Shown piece after piece: positions 34,836 through 63,299 of a stretch of 64,000 nucleotides of DNA (positions within the stretch are counted from its first letter, which is position 1; the number at the start of each line of letters is the position of its first letter). Origin of the DNA: Tubulanus polymorphus. Taxonomy: Eukaryota; Animalia; Nemertea. The stretch is taken from contig NC_134030.1 of assembly GCF_964204645.1 (NCBI RefSeq), positions 12,359,947 through 12,423,946 of the forward strand, written 5' to 3'. Both the position numbers and the translations under genes were made by a program. The notes beneath the pieces are model-generated. The model searched no databases, was not told the origin of the DNA, and worked only from the letters and a program-made list of their open reading frames with translations.

Positions 34836-37800
34836 TCAAATCGTCTCATGTAGCCCTCCTGCGATGAATGAAATACTAGCTACAGTGATTGCGGTTAAGA
34901 CAAGTGAAAAAGGATGTTTTCCGTTATTGGCACCGCTTGCACAAATGTTCACCTGCTGCTGTTGTTTTTCACTATCTGGAATATCGTGCCATTTCAGCCC
35001 ACGTTCAAAAATGACCGGTGCACCCGAGTCAATGAATGTCGTCTCTAGTTTATTTATGGGGCCACTTGACATTGGTTCCTCGAGAAACCTGATCTTATAC
35101 GAGTTGACAGATTCACCATCGGCCGCTGAGAGAAAATACAAATCCCCGATGTACTTTATGACAAATACCATCTGTTCGTCGGTTTTATGCAGAATGCCGT
35201 GTCCTACTTTGCCGTGAAATAGATGCAAATGATTGTCAGTATCGTTAAAAACAATTGTCAAATTACCGAAAACCAGATGCCCAAACTGACCGACAAAATG
35301 CCACAGTGGCCGATTTGGCCAGATGGGTTCAGTGTGAGGCTTTTTTGAATAGAGGTCGTCATTGGACATGTCTGTTTCTTCTTCCTCTAAATTGAACCTT
35401 TGGCTAGCGTAGTCAGCCCTGAACCACGGTTCGGGAAACGAACACGAAGTCGTCTGATTCAACCACGGTTTCAAGCCGAGCACAACATCCGCTATGAAAT
35501 GATGAATGATTCTCGTGGTGTCCATAGCATGCGCGGTCATCGGACCGTTCACTGACGTGAATATACCCAGATTCATTTCTCTAAACAGCCATATCAAAGA
35601 CGTATAGCCACTTATTAAGCCGTAGTGCATAGCTACCTCGTAACCTATGAAATAGAAGATAGGTCTTCAGAGGTACTGTGACATCATGTGCAGATGCGGA
35701 TGTCCGAGGGCCCTTAAAGTTTTGGAATAAGTATTTGATATAAAAAGAATTAAATTAGGATTATGCGGACATCTGTGAAAAAGCAGTATGAAATAGGAAT
35801 AATCACATTATTTTAGATAAATGACCAAAAAGCGCCAGACCTCCATTAGTGAAGGCAAGTTTTTCTAGTCTTCATGTAATATCATTACGTTTATGTATAA
35901 AATACCGAATTGAAAATGCTATTTCTAGAATATACATTTTGTGCACATACCGACTGGATAAAAGAATAAAGGCCCCACCTCATCAGTACAAAGACACTGT
36001 TGAATAAGTGAACTCATCAAAAATATATTTCTTTTTCGAATAAGCGACCGGTGAATTATAATTGCTAGTCAGAGGGGCAGAAAAATTTAGATTTACAAAT
36101 AATCAAACAACGTTAGCGTATCGCGTACAAACTTTTAAGTATCATATTTAAAATAGGTAACAAATTTTCATTTACCTCTATATGTTCCAGATCCCCAGCC
36201 TAAACCATAACCGGTTCGTCCTTCCGATATTGGAAAGGTCGGTTTGCGAAGTACTTTTCGCCAGTTTGGAGTCGGTGTCAGAATCTGGGGCGAAAATAAA
36301 TCCCTGAAAACTTTTTCTTTGACTAAGCGTTCTCCGTTTCCTAATTTCGTTTCATTTAGTTGAAAGGAGATCCATTTTACCATATCATCGGGGGTGGAGC
36401 ATATTGAACCAGCGGGTCCAGCAGGATACACTGCCCTATAACACATGCATACATAATGGAATATACTACAATGCCTTCTACAAAAACGATATCTTTAAAT
36501 GTAATCTGTAAATCAGTATCTACTTGTGAGAGTTTACGAAAAACCTTACCTGACGAGAGAAGGCTTGATTTGTTTCAGCTTTCCGTGAAATGACATATGC
36601 GGCATGGCCATATTTGTTTGGTGGTCCTCAAAAGTTGGGCTATCAGCGAAAACAGTTGATGACATTCCCAGTGGAATGAGAAACGTCTCGCGAATAAGAT
36701 CATCCCATGATTTCCCCGTTATCCTCTCCGCTATGTATCCGGCCAACATGTACATGTAGTTGTTGTATGTGTAAGCAGTGTTCATGCGTTTCTTCGGTCG
36801 CATAAAACGAATCCGGCTGAAATATTGGTTTTATTTATACAATTGATATAGATTCGGCTCTTTACACACTTCTGAGATTTAAACATGATTGAAGATATAG
36901 AGGAAACGGCACGTGACAACTTCTTAACGTTTCAGTTTCGACGCCCTATTGCGCTGCCCAATAATGTCACAAAGAAAGGACGACGTAACGTAAAACATAT
37001 CTGTAGGTTAAAATTGGATTCCTAATATGACCTGCTAAACCTATGATTTAAGCTCTTCGAAATACAATACGGACTTATCTACTTACCGAACAAGCTCTTT
37101 TCTAGACCTATAAAAACCAGTCATCAGCGCACCAAAATAACTTGGTATACCAGTTCGGTGAGCAAGGATATCCCTGAGTGTCATATGATTGGTACGATAG
37201 GTGTCACTAAATTGTATCTCCGGAACAAGGTGGTGGATTGGCGTGTCCCATGACATGCTAGAAAGAAAATAGTACATAGATATGTGCATTAAATGAAATT
37301 ATAAGTATTTATGCGAAAATGGACAATGGACAAACTCATTTTGACGGAAGTTTTATGATTTCCAACAAATTGTGAATATTCACAGTTTTCTATGAGGGTG
37401 GAGCCTACGAATATTCTACTCGAATGTGAATCAGTGCAGTGCGAAGGTATTTCCAAAAGGAAAAATTAGCTCTGAGGTGCTTGTTATCTTTCATTTATGA
37501 TGAAATTCGCTCTCGATATATATATAAGGAAAATGATATCATGCCATCCCGGCCTATTTCTGTACGGACCCGCCTCCCGGAATTCTGCACAAAAAAAATC
37601 ATATTTAAAAAAAATTGTGTTTTAGTCTTCCTTCGTGTTTTTATCGCAATTTTTCAGCACAACAAATTTGTTATGTCCGTCTTGATTTTCAATCTGATAA
37701 CTTGCAAAAATTCCGTACTCCAAGTAATCAAAACAAGGCCCTAACTTTATTGTGATTGGATGTATGTCACTAGAAATTGGATATGATGCAAGAATTAGGT

Positions 37801-38221
37801 TGATTAGCTACAATTGAAGAATATGGTCAATTTATCCAATGCAATGCATTAGTCATCTTAAATCCTCCTGATTATCTCGGATATAAGTGTTAAGAATTAG
37901 GAAAAATTCCTACCTGGAATTGCGACTTATGAGTGAGGCAAGTAGAGTGGATGTAAATCCTTTAGTTATTGATCCTATGCAGAATAGTGTCGACTGGTTG
38001 ACCGGAGCTGACTCATCGACTTTCCTTGTTCCAAATCCATCAACTATCAATATCTGGCCGTCTTGTACAACGGTCAATCCTAAACCGGCTACCTTACGAC
38101 ACGCAATCGTTTCTCGTACGAATGTCTTTATCGAGTCCCGTTGCTGCGGCGTAAAGACAATCCCACTGCCATGATTTGCAAGAAATACCGCAACGAAGAG
38201 TGACCATCTAAGGTCGGGCAT
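34836..38221 (-). CDS. Beta-lactamase/PBP-like serine hydrolase, 5 exons (38221-37914, 37257-37087, 36816-36550, 36435-36176, 35644-34836), 604 aa, signal peptide and probable GPI signal
   Basis: FCIGSITK (SxxK), LAHRTG, YTYNN (YxN), PAGSICST, YGLGW, HYG motifs. GT-AG introns with phases 2,2,2,1 (1815 nt). Hydrophobic C-terminal tail. Confidence 0.9.
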
Positions 38222-40570
38222 TCTTAAGCCTGTTACTTAAAATTCACCTTTATCAGCATGAAAAATACAGTTACGTAAATGATGGATTTCTGAAAACGTA
38301 CACCGGAAACTATTCATATCGTGTTTACTGCGAAGAGCTCGTGACGTAAATTTTACTGATTACTACAATAACGCCGTGACATATGCCCAACGATCTTAAA
38401 GCAATACCTACCTCTCCTATGATCTCTTCAGAAATAAACCCGGATACCGTAATGAAAACGATATCATACTTTCAAAATCATCGCTAATCGGTTTCATTAC
38501 GCTGCACTGATTGAAACGGTGATCCCATCGTTTTTTCAGGGTTTATTCACGTCAGTGTCAATTAGAAGTGACGATAGGATATTCAAGATATTTTCTCGAC
38601 CAAAACTTTTTTGGTGGAATGCGTAAGTGAAGTTAAGTCATAACAGATTAACCTCTTAGTCATTTACATCCATTGTGTAATCGAGTATCGCAAATCAACG
38701 TCGTTATAAATTTTTTGCACGAATTCGTCCATTCGCCCTACTACTGCTACGTATATTCTATAAGTTAATGTACTCATACATCACCATCCACATAAGTTCA
38801 GTAATCCCAGCTTGAATTTGAACACTATTTAACGTCGTATGGTATACATATTTGATTATGCGCTGGAAAAATGTAGTCAACATATCTGGTCCACACGAAT
38901 GTTGAACGCCTAGTTATCAATGACCGTCACCTTCCATAAATGTGTACCAATTTCGGAACGCCGATCGTTGATGTGGAATCCAACCATCATGCGAACTAGT
39001 AGACGCCCTCGTCTAATTAGCGCGCAGGATTTTCAGGGATTAGGACAGGATGGTTCGATGGCTGAAAACGTATCCAATTCCTGTTATCGTCTAAGAACCC
39101 AATATCCGCTGTCGGGTGCCAAGGCAATCCGCTCCACTGATAACATCTGATGATCCGGTGTGGCATTTTGTAACCAATTTCATTCGATTGGTGATGAACC
39201 TTCCGGGTTTATAGTCAATTCTCGTTGATATAAAATTGCATGTACAGGAGTCGCCATTCTCATTTCACCCATATACAAGATAGTAACCACACGAATGCAT
39301 CAATTCGTAGACACGTTTAGAGGTTACCAGTATTTCCTTGACCATCACTTTTTACTTAAAAAATCGCCAATTGTGACCGTAATAAGTTAATAAACCCACA
39401 GTTAGGAGAGAAAAAACTAGGAGACATTGACGCAGCCAGCCACTTGTCTATGGAAACCTACTGTGACCCTGTTGACCATTGACTGAATGAAATAGCTACG
39501 TATAATTACTTTTCCTGTATGTATTGACCGTTGACCTGTTGGCGTGCATTGCCTGTCAGACATTATTGTTTGATCATGACTGGCTTGACGAGTAACTGAA
39601 GCTAATGGAATCTTTGAACGATTCTGCTTAAGGTCCACATGATTAACATAATATCGACAGTAGCTCATGACATCATGGCTAAAATCCATTGATTGATCGG
39701 TTATTTCTTTAAAACACTAGAATACTAATTCTAGAATTCAAGAATAACTCGGATCCAATGGATTGAACTAGATGTTGGAATCAATTTTATTAAGAATTAA
39801 ATAGCGGGAGGGATTCGAGTGATTACTCCAAGGTTGCTTCTAGTTCACGATAAATCCTCCCGCTGATATCTGGGTCAACATCCGCGAATCGTGACGCCAG
39901 CAGATTTACTAGTCAGCGCGGTTTCAAACGTAGTTAAAACATCATAGCACGTACTTTTAAAATTGCTAACTGCATCTCATCTCTTATATGATATGTATTC
40001 ATCATTCTAGAAGAACTCATCTCGACTTTTTAATTCTGAGATGAATTGTATTTTTAGATTCTTTTAGTTTCTTTAGATTAATTGTTATATTTGTACTTTT
40101 TACTCTACGCAAATTATCTTTGTGCCCAAGTCCGGTATACGATATATTTTTTTTTCTTGAAAAGATCTGTGCTCGAAGTATGTAAAAAAAAGGCCTACGT
40201 AATACAATCCTGTTAATTTACTGAAGCAAACGAAATCTACCAATCAAACAAATAACGGGTCAGTCCCTATTTCAAAGTAAAAAAAACTTACTGAAGCATT
40301 TGCCAATATTCTACTGAATTATTTCCGTGATTATTCATGGAAATCCACACCTGAATGAGTATTGAACTATACGAGGACAGCGCACTGTGTTTCTATGTGC
40401 ACGTGCGTAGACGCTTGAACTTGAACATATTTATTGCACCATATATAGAACTTATACATAGGTTAAGACATGCAGTAAGTTGACAGAACAAAACATTGAA
40501 GAATGATATTTAGTAAACGCCCAAGACTTCATTGAACACGTTCTCCCTCAGCTGAGACTCGAACCCAATC

Positions 40571-41458
40571 ATGGGCGACAATCCCCGCCCAAAAGATGAT
40601 GTTTTGTTTCACTTAGCGAAAAAGACAATTTCACGCCGCATAGACATTTTCGCGCCACGAAGACATTTTCGCGCCGCGAAGTCATGTGCCGTAATGTCAG
40701 TAGATGGTGCCACGTACGTATAGATTATGTCATCCTGGTAACCCGAAAATAATTATTTCAGCGTTATCATTTTCGCTGTTTCAACGTTTCGACTAGCAGT
40801 TTGCACGATCTTCTTAAAATGATAGACTGGTCGCCTGTCTAATTCTGCGCCACCTGCATTCGCGGTCGACCGGTGACCAGTCAACTTAAAATGACGGACA
40901 TTGGAAAACACAGAAACAGTTCGCCTTTGAACTGGGAGAGCGTTATTTTCTATCGGCCAGAGCAGATCTCACAGCGCATGCGCAGCGGAAGTAAACAAAC
41001 ACACGAGTCTGGTGGATAGAAACACTAGGTTTAGGTGGTGTCGGTTTTCTATCCATCAGACCAGGATCGTTCAATTGTTGTGATGGATAGAAATTAGGTT
41101 TCTTATCGTTTATTTAACCGTCCAGAGTAGGATCTATTATATATGCAGGGCTTTCTTTTAACTTTGAATGATCGGTGGGTTTTCGTTCAACAAACATATT
41201 CTAATTATTTCAAAAGTATGTTTTGTGCGTATCAAAGGGCAAACTCATTTTTTTCCTTTTGAATGATTTTTATGTTTTTGAAATTATTTCCGGGTTTCCC
41301 AGGATGACGTCATTTTCATCTACGTGGCGCCATCTACTGACATTTCGGCGCATGACTTAACGGCGCAGAAATGTCTTCGCGGCGCGGATTTGTCTTTATC
41401 GCGGCTTTATTACTACGCGTAACGAAACACAGTCTTTTTGGCGAGGATCGTCGCCCAT
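40571..41458. mobile_element. Non-autonomous DNA transposon with long imperfect terminal inverted repeats
   Basis: ATGGGCGACAATCCCCGCCCAAAAGA versus TCTTTTTGGCGAGGATCGTCGCCCAT; subterminal inverted match ATGTCAGTAGATGG(T/C)GCCACGTA. TSD not clearly resolved. Confidence 0.75.
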
Positions 41459-42977
41459 ATCCAATGGCACTGCGCGACTGCACATCAAGGCAGTTAAGTT
41501 CAGTAACGTGTGCGAATCTTCACTTGAGGCGCTTGCTGCAGAGGCGTCCGCACACATGAGGCACTTTATATTTAGTTCATTCTGTAAATGATGCGTTCAA
41601 TGGGCTCATACAGATACGGCAGTACATAACAATCCTCATTATTTACGGAAGGTTTCCCACTATCTATCGCTATCTAATGGTGCCATTTCATATATTCATA
41701 TTTGGCCAGTATATGTGTGTAGCGTTACACTGCGTTCTTCGCGGGTAGATCGTGTGAACAGTTGGCCGTTGACAGTCCACCGTTAGAGTAAACTATGAGT
41801 AGTACAACCTGTCAACCCTGTCAACCAGAACTGAAGTATGACAGTTATTCCAGTTATTGATTTGATTCAAATGATGGGAGAAATCTTTAAAAAAAGCTTC
41901 TTTTTGTAAATGACGTGATCAAGATGAACATAACTTGTAAATATATTGAAAATAAAGACGGGCAAAACAAAAAATAAAATTGTGATGAAAACACGGAGGA
42001 CTAGATATATTTTTTGTCAGAATTCTGAGGGCGGATCCGTGTTCCAATCAAAAAGATGCCTAATAAACTGTAAAAAGAAATTTAAAAAGAAATTTGTTTG
42101 CCAATGTCCTTTTAGCAATGACAGCTTTAAGAAATCAATGGTTCTCCCCTTTCATGATGTCAAGGTAGTAAATATTCCTTACACCTAGCACCATTCCCGT
42201 GTCAGTCGAGTTGGAGACCATTGGTCGTCGTGTACCACTGAATTGATCTTGTTGGATTTTTACCGCTCTCGGGTCTAAATTCTCTATAGTCAAACAGACT
42301 GACGAACTGACGAATTGACAAAAAGTGACGACTAACTATTCTCGACGAATCAATCATGGGTATAAGTAGATAATACGAGCGTTTTTCGAGGGAAAAGTTG
42401 AGGATTGCTAGGCCATATCACCCCGAGTCTAGGAAATACATTATGTACCCCAGGACTGCGTGAAATAATGTTTCAATTGCGGTTTGACTACTTTCGTACT
42501 TTCTCTACGGGCATTTTCGGGTCGTATCGCATCGAGGACTGTGGTCATGGCACGCTATGACTGAGGCAAGAAACCTGATATACGACTCGATAATAATACC
42601 GCGGGTATCATTAGTTTGATGCGATAGTGCCTTTCAGTCATTTTGACGGCTTCGTCGATCGCCAATTCGCCAAACACAGCTTATACAAACATCATCGATC
42701 TGTTGTGGTGTTGAATTTTGAGGTTGTCCGCTTCTGTTGTGATCTCTACCACTGTTATGGTTGCGTTTCTCTACCAGCGATGTCGTGCAGGATCTGTCTT
42801 TAGGCCAGGTCTTTCTTCCCAGTTCTTGACTTTGGCTCCCGTATATAACTTAACTACTTCTTAAATTATATATTCGTTTATTATCTCTTAACTCGTTGTT
42901 TACAGATTCTTCCCCGGAGCTCAACTCCCGTGCTTACTAAAAACCCCCTTATTTATCTAACTTTCTCTTGTATAACC

Positions 42978-43145
42978 GGTGCAGGAGCTCTTCTATACAT
43001 GGCTTGGAATTCATTGCTTGTGATGTATTTATACGTCACAACATTCCTCCCTATTTATATAACTTTAACGTGTGCAGGTCCTCTTCCACACATGGCTTGG
43101 AATTCATTGCTTGTGACGTATTTATACGTCACAACATTCCTTCCA
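42978..43145. repeat. Tandem duplication with ~93-bp period
   Basis: Two copies of TGCAGG..CTCTTC.A.ACATGGCTTGGAATTCATTGCTTGTGA.GTATTTATACGTCACAACATTCCT. Confidence 0.85.
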
Positions 43146-44645
43146 TCCATGTATGGGCGCTGACGTATCTGCACACGTCATAATTTTCTATAAATATATT
43201 TCCGCACTCAACGGAGCGCATAACCGGACCATATTAGCTCTTCCTACGTTGACACATACGTCACTTCCAGACTTGTTTATTTATATAATTTCTATTTATG
43301 TTTATGTACGACGTACATATCCAGGCAGGTTGTCTGGTAACTGCGCTGCTGGCCATGAACTCCCGCTTCTGTATATTACTTGTTGATTTTGTTTAAATGC
43401 TGACAACTGAAACCTACTAATGTGTTTCCTAAAGGCTTGTTGATATAATTTCATAGATCTACTTGGAAGCTAATATTTTCATTAATTATTTCATCAAAGT
43501 CTCCATAATAGATCCTCAATTCGCCCATCGCCAAACTAACTACACATGATCGCTTTAGTTGACCCTGGTGAGACAAGATTCGAAACAAGAATAAGACGGT
43601 GAAATTTTATCAATTGTTTCACATATTATATTCTATACAATACGCTGCAGTGATTATCAAATAAGACTACAACTACATACACATAACCTGATGCAACATG
43701 CTTTATGATGGTGGAGACTACATTAATTTGAATAAAAAATACATTAGAATACGATTTTTTGTTTTGTGGATTTTTATCATTAGATCGTCATGAATTCATC
43801 CAAAGGTTTATGTGGAAAGGATGCGGATGTATTGAAAACAAATGTGTTGACATGTAAATGCAAATAATAACTTCAATTTTGAATTCAATGATATATCTTT
43901 TCAGTATATTATAATCTCAACGATTTAATTTTTAGTCTAGGAACAGTATACGTTACTTTGGACTTAGCTGCTGGAATTTGTGTAACTACATGTACATAGA
44001 TAATTGACAATCATAAACGTCGTATTGCATACACAATTGACTAACATATACTAGTTACATTCACGATTATTGTATCCTGATGCTAATTTTCCTGTAATGT
44101 GAAGTTCTTATCTTTTAGATGATAGCTGGCGCTACGATTAAGTATACCTGAAACGTCTACAAAAATTAAAACCGCCTTCGTTCTCATTTGAGTATTCAAA
44201 AGATTAGTACTAGTATAACTATGGCTATACTTAATATGTAACAACACGACGAAAACAAAAAAAAAGATTTCCTGATTAAAGATTAACACAGATTCTAATA
44301 TATATGTTTATGTTTGGTATGAATAGCTTGATGCGCACACTGGTCATTAGTGTTTATCATAAAGATTTTTAACACAGGTGGAATATCTATGGCGCAACAA
44401 ATCTAAAAAATGTCCACATGCTTGGATTACGTAGTCCTGCCCCACGTGCATAATAGTAATTACTGATGTTAAAGATTGTGGAAACAGCCGTCGCGCTATC
44501 ATCACCATTTTTTCTTGTTTTATTGCTAACATAATGTTTACAGTCACTTAATCGCCGTCTCTCGTTCCTGTGTATACCCGTTTTTAGCATTGAAAAATAG
44601 TCATATACAGTAGTAGCAAGATAAAGTTTTCCGGCTTGCCACATT

Positions 44646-57904
<13,259 letters not shown>

Positions 57905-60900
57905 TTCTGAAAGACTATAGAGGAAAGATAAATGTTATATATTTCTATCTAGTGGGTCTATATGTATATCACGATAATGTTAAACCTGCCGCACACGTTC
58001 CTGGTTTCCCGCCTTCCGTTTTGGTCAAGGGGTCAATTGATTTTATGAACTTGCGGATCTATGCATGGAAATTGCAAAACATGTTGTAGATGCCTAGTCC
58101 GCGGTATATCATTGACAACTGTGCGACTGTATGATACTTGCTTAAGGAGTAAAATGATTATTCGTTAACATACTTGGCATCATCAAAGATCAATTCATAC
58201 ATGTATATAAACATCATGAACAAGCAAATGAGGATTAATCCACAGCCGTAATCTGAATGATATGAAACGTTGCTGAAATTTGCATCGTCGATTAATGACT
58301 TATAATTAGAAAGATATGTCACATCTTGCTCCCTTGATGTATCATTCCATTTGTAGGATAGGCTTTCTACCTCTATTACTTTGTGGTACTTTTGTGGATT
58401 ATCATGCTCATTGCCTTTAACGCTCTTTGTTTTTTTTTCTTTTGGGTGGGGAAAGAGCGCATTCGGCAATGAATCTATCGACAACTTCTGTACATTAGCA
58501 GATATTTCATGATAGTGGCACTGATTGTTTAGCTGTAGAAGTCAAGCATTAATATCGAGATGTATACACCCCAGGCAAAGATCTTTTATTGAAAATATGA
58601 AACAAAAGAGCACTTATAGAAGACTCTATCTTAATTAAGATGTCTATACGACTGTGCGTATTTCCCGGAGATGTTGATCGATGCAATCATTGTTATAAAC
58701 CTGACGACTCGAAATGGATACTATCATTTAAGAACAATAAGTCAAGCTTTACACATCTTTATAGTTTATCGAAGGTGAAGAGCATTGAAGCATCGACCGT
58801 ATTTTAAGTTCGATGTTTATCTTTCAATGTATTTCCTGCATTTCATTACGCTAAGTAAGTTTCATTTCCTGATAAATCGTTTTTATTTGTGTTCTTGTTT
58901 CATCAGGAAACCGACCGATGATATATAATCCCGTTAATCTTGGCAGTTTCATCTATAGTGCAGCTTAAGTCAGGGATGCAAAATCGGATGACTGAGCATT
59001 CATCGACAATGTTATCTACGTTGTCACCGTTACTTAGAGCAAGATGCAGAGAACCCTTCCGCATCGACGTGTCCATTGAATATTCTCTCGGACAAACCAC
59101 GCGAAAATGAATTTTCAGCACTATGCACCTCATATGTCAGCCATCTTTGAGTTAGTATTATCTAAGTAGGTATGAAGAAGGCATTCGTCGGAAACTTTAT
59201 TTTGAACCGATGTTTTGTGCCGTAAGGGAGCCCAGGCTGTCAGCAGACTTCTTTGATGTGATGCCGGATGCAAAGGTGATATCGATAAAGGTTTCTATTT
59301 GTGGCAATATTAATACAAAATATCAGCGTGATACTTGGAGTGATGTTGTCGAGGCCCCATAACGCAACGAAACCTTGCGGAAATTGCAGTAAAGCGAATG
59401 GTAATTAATTTCGTTGCAAGACAAGCATCGTTTTCAGATGAACGCCGTGGGAGGTAACTAAAACACAGTTTTTCATTAAACACGACAATAGACAAGCGTC
59501 TTAATGCGGCTTTTTATGGTGTAATTCGTCCGGGCAAGTCCGAGCAGGTCCACCGTCAAACCCAAAACATGCGGTTGGCAAATTTTGAAATTCATACTTG
59601 GAAGAAAAATCAGTCATTCCTCGACATCATCTATACTATTTAGGTCTAATATTGATTTTGGTATTCATGAGTCTATACTATTATAAGGCTACCATCGATT
59701 GAGATTCGCCTTATGCCCTATGCATTTCCCAATATCTTTTCCATTTTCTTTTTCTTTTTTATAAGCAATCTCTAGAAGTCCAGTAATCCCTTCAAGAGCT
59801 ATATTCCCTTTTCATCACAAACATAATGTGTAACTAAGCACATTCGTAACAAGGAAATAATTCAATTAACCAAAATGAAATGGCTCTACAACTAAAATGT
59901 TTTTTATCTATTCTGTGGTACATTATATATTTCTCTTTGGCATCAAACACATCCGACCTTTGAGTAATCATTATGTCCTGAATGATTACTCCTAGATTAC
60001 TCCAAACCGACCATAAAGTAGATAAACATTGGCTCGAAAAAATAACGCACGTACCCTCTCAACAAAAAACATTTGATTACCAGCGTTTGGATCGGTACAA
60101 ACCCGGTCGACAATCAAATAAGCGTTTATACACAGAAGCCACACAATTGCCGCAAGTCGGCGATTTCGTGAATCAAATTGTCGAAGGTACGACGCGCAAT
60201 AGCTTTGTACAAGGTGTAATACAGTTTTTGGTTGAAAAAGAAAGCATTAAACGTAAAAAGCATGCACTGGATATTCTCGCGAGTTAGAAACCTTCAGCGA
60301 TAAGTTTTCGTGGGTGGATTTTTTCCAATCCCAATACAGTAGTTGTAATTCCGTTCTTGACGATCGGTATCTCAAAAGAAATTTAATTATCTTAACATCT
60401 AAGGATAATATTCAAAAATAATAGCAAGATAGGATTAGGGAATTAAGCATTCATTTTTGCGAAAAGTTACTTACGTCAATGTTATAAGGCACGAATTTCT
60501 TTTGGTATTCCGGAGAATAAAGGTAAAAATAGCCTTGCGGTTGCTGAAGTATCTCTCGTGTGATAGAAGCTGCGGTCGAATGCAGTATGTGATATATCAG
60601 CATTCACTCTGTAACAATGCACATCAGCCATCAGGTCCCTGCTGATTGATTAACACCGTCTTAATTATAGCTCCTCTACTCGCCATACGCTTGTGCCATT
60701 TCGCCACCACATTCAATCTTTATCATGTTAATCAAACACATTTTCATAGTCATCAGAACCCTTATATGTCATCCATCATTTACTCTGTTATCCATCTGGT
60801 CTGTCAACCAAATGACGCCGTTGTCTGCGGAGCATATCTCGCTGATTTAGCACGTGGAAAAAGCCACAAAAATAGGCAGATGGTCAGTAGACATAATTGT

Positions 60901-62859
60901 TGAATTTGCTGAAACTGTAGACGTCGAAAATTCCATTCCATTTATCATGTCATTATTAAATCATGGACCGTAAAGGTTATAAAGTCCGTGGTTAATCGAT
61001 GACTCTCAAAAAATGTGCTCGTTCTTCGTGCAATTCTCAATCATCCATCATTTTCTTGCGGGGTCAAGCTGGGTTATCAGACATTGCAGGCATGCAACAG
61101 AGGTGAACGTACGTTGTTTCATTAGTCAAAGGATTGCTCCTTAGTATCTTATTCATTGATACATCTTATTCATATGGATTTCTCATTAACAATATTGTCA
61201 CAATACTTACAATATAAAAGACGAAAGCAAACAGATATCCAGCGGTTGGAGAACAATCTCAACGTTATATACAATAGACATTCGCGTAGATATACATTGG
61301 CTGGAAACCGGAATTTGTTGGTCAATGAATTACCAAGTATAAACCTTATACGTAATAACCTGGGGGGGGGGGCAGTGAAACAACAAATGAAGGATTATAT
61401 AGACAATTCCATGAAACATTATTCTAAAAGTTTTTCGTTTCATCTAAATCCCATCTTCAGAGAGTGAAGAATGTAGTGGAAAAGCTGTACCCGGGTGGAG
61501 GGACATCTATGGGATGAGTTAACCGTGCGATTGGGAACACTCGGTTCACTGGCCGAGTGCTGGCCGACTCGAATGTAGAGTGAGATGCAGGACGTAAACA
61601 TGACAAGATATTAATTGTTCCTCTTTTGTCCGCAAAGCACACGAAAATTCGTTGTCAGTGAGATATAGGGGCTGGCGCCAACATGAGCAGTTGTCAAAAT
61701 CAGAAGGCAAGTGTGTTACAATGTCATCCTGATGGCGCTGCACCTTAAATCAGTGCAGTCTGATGGCATGTGTCTAAAATCCACTGAACTTTGCACTGAT
61801 GCATTCGAACGAAATATTGCTGATAGTTTTTCACTAAGCGTTTTTAAAAATCACTCTAGTTTAACTTAAGAAATATGTTGGAAAAGGTTTTGGGACGAAT
61901 GTATTTTCCGCAATGCCGTGGAACAAAACTACGGAACTACGGTTATTTGGCAAACGCTGTGTAATTTGAACATTTTTAAAGAAACATTTAGATGTGCTAT
62001 ATTCCTTGTTAACGAAATTACTATGAGATTGCTATTAATGATTATTCATTGTAGTAGTAGTAGTTGTTGTTGTTGTTTTTTCAACATTTACTAAGTTTCT
62101 GATCTAACTTGCTTTTGAAGTGAGGACCCATTTCGGGTGATAACGCAAAGAAATTGAAAATGTGAAGCAGGGTGACATAAAGACAAAACGACAGGACGAA
62201 AATCACACGACAAAACAAAAGATAACGCGACATATTGACACATTTGGTTGTCTCCCTTGCGGAAAAAAAACATATTAACGTTTTGTCGCGTTATTTTCGT
62301 TTTGCCATTCTCTCATCCTGTACATTAATGTCTTGATTATGTTTATTTTGTGCACGTGCAAATGGTTTTGTCAACCGCGAAACACAATATTGTTGTAGCC
62401 TATTGGGGTGGTCGAAGAAACAAAAACGCCCCCATTTCCATGTAGGTTCATTTTAACAGCAAACATAGCATCGTCGGCATCGCATTGTCTAAGTATAAAT
62501 CATGTAGACATCGTTTGGAACATTGATATCCTAATATTCCGTTGTAATGAAGTGCTGAGATCGTGGGCCGTTGGGTCTGTAATATTCTCATGTAGAGGTA
62601 CTGGCATCATAGCGTAAGATTCCTGATATTCCTTTGTAAAAAGGTACTGGGGTGTAGGGTATATGGTTCCTACTGTTCCCTTGTAAATATGACCTGTACA
62701 TACATTAACAACGCAATTACCGACGATTCCGACCATGTGGGCTTAGTGCCTGAAGCGGTGTGTCGATGACCGTACGAGTAGGACAGGCGAAACCCAGATA
62801 TTGGGGCCTGTAGTTACACTTCTTTTTGAAGTCATTGGCAACCTAAATCAAAACTCATA

Positions 62860-63120
62860 CGTGATTAATTCCTGTGATCATAGAAATGCGATGATTGTGG
62901 TTAAGATAAATCCTGTGATTGTGCGGTAATATAGATTAGATGCTGTGACTGACCGTGAAGTAGGTATAGATGCTATGATTATGGGATGTCGTATATCATG
63001 CTTTAGATCCTTGTGATTGTTGGGCGTGATGTAGGTGCTGAGATTGCGGAGTCATAGAGATGGTGATAGTGGGATGGTATAAACACTGTGATTGAGGGTT
63101 GATATAGATGTCGTGATTGA
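62860..63120. repeat. Degenerate ~30-bp tandem repeat
   Basis: Recurrent ATAGATGCTGTGATTG-like motif. Confidence 0.5.
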
Positions 63121-63299
63121 AGACTAGTTAGTTAGAAGTAACGCAAACCGACAATGTATAAGGAAAGCGGATCACTCGCTACATAGCCATATAAGAACCC
63201 TTTACATATGGCTTGATCCTCTCACACTCATGTGTTACGCTTGACCCAAATTGAGAAAAATCCAGCATCGATCGTTGAACTCTGATTGCTTTAATATTT

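Noticed and set aside
38900-39950. Possible LTR-retrotransposon remnant (PBS-like TGGCGTCACGA on the minus strand near 39890-39900)
   Set aside because: No LTR pair and no recognisable gag/pol motifs.
58000-63200. Numerous 60-108 aa ORFs
   Set aside because: No motifs or consistent splice structure; likely intronic or intergenic sequence upstream of the C1q gene.
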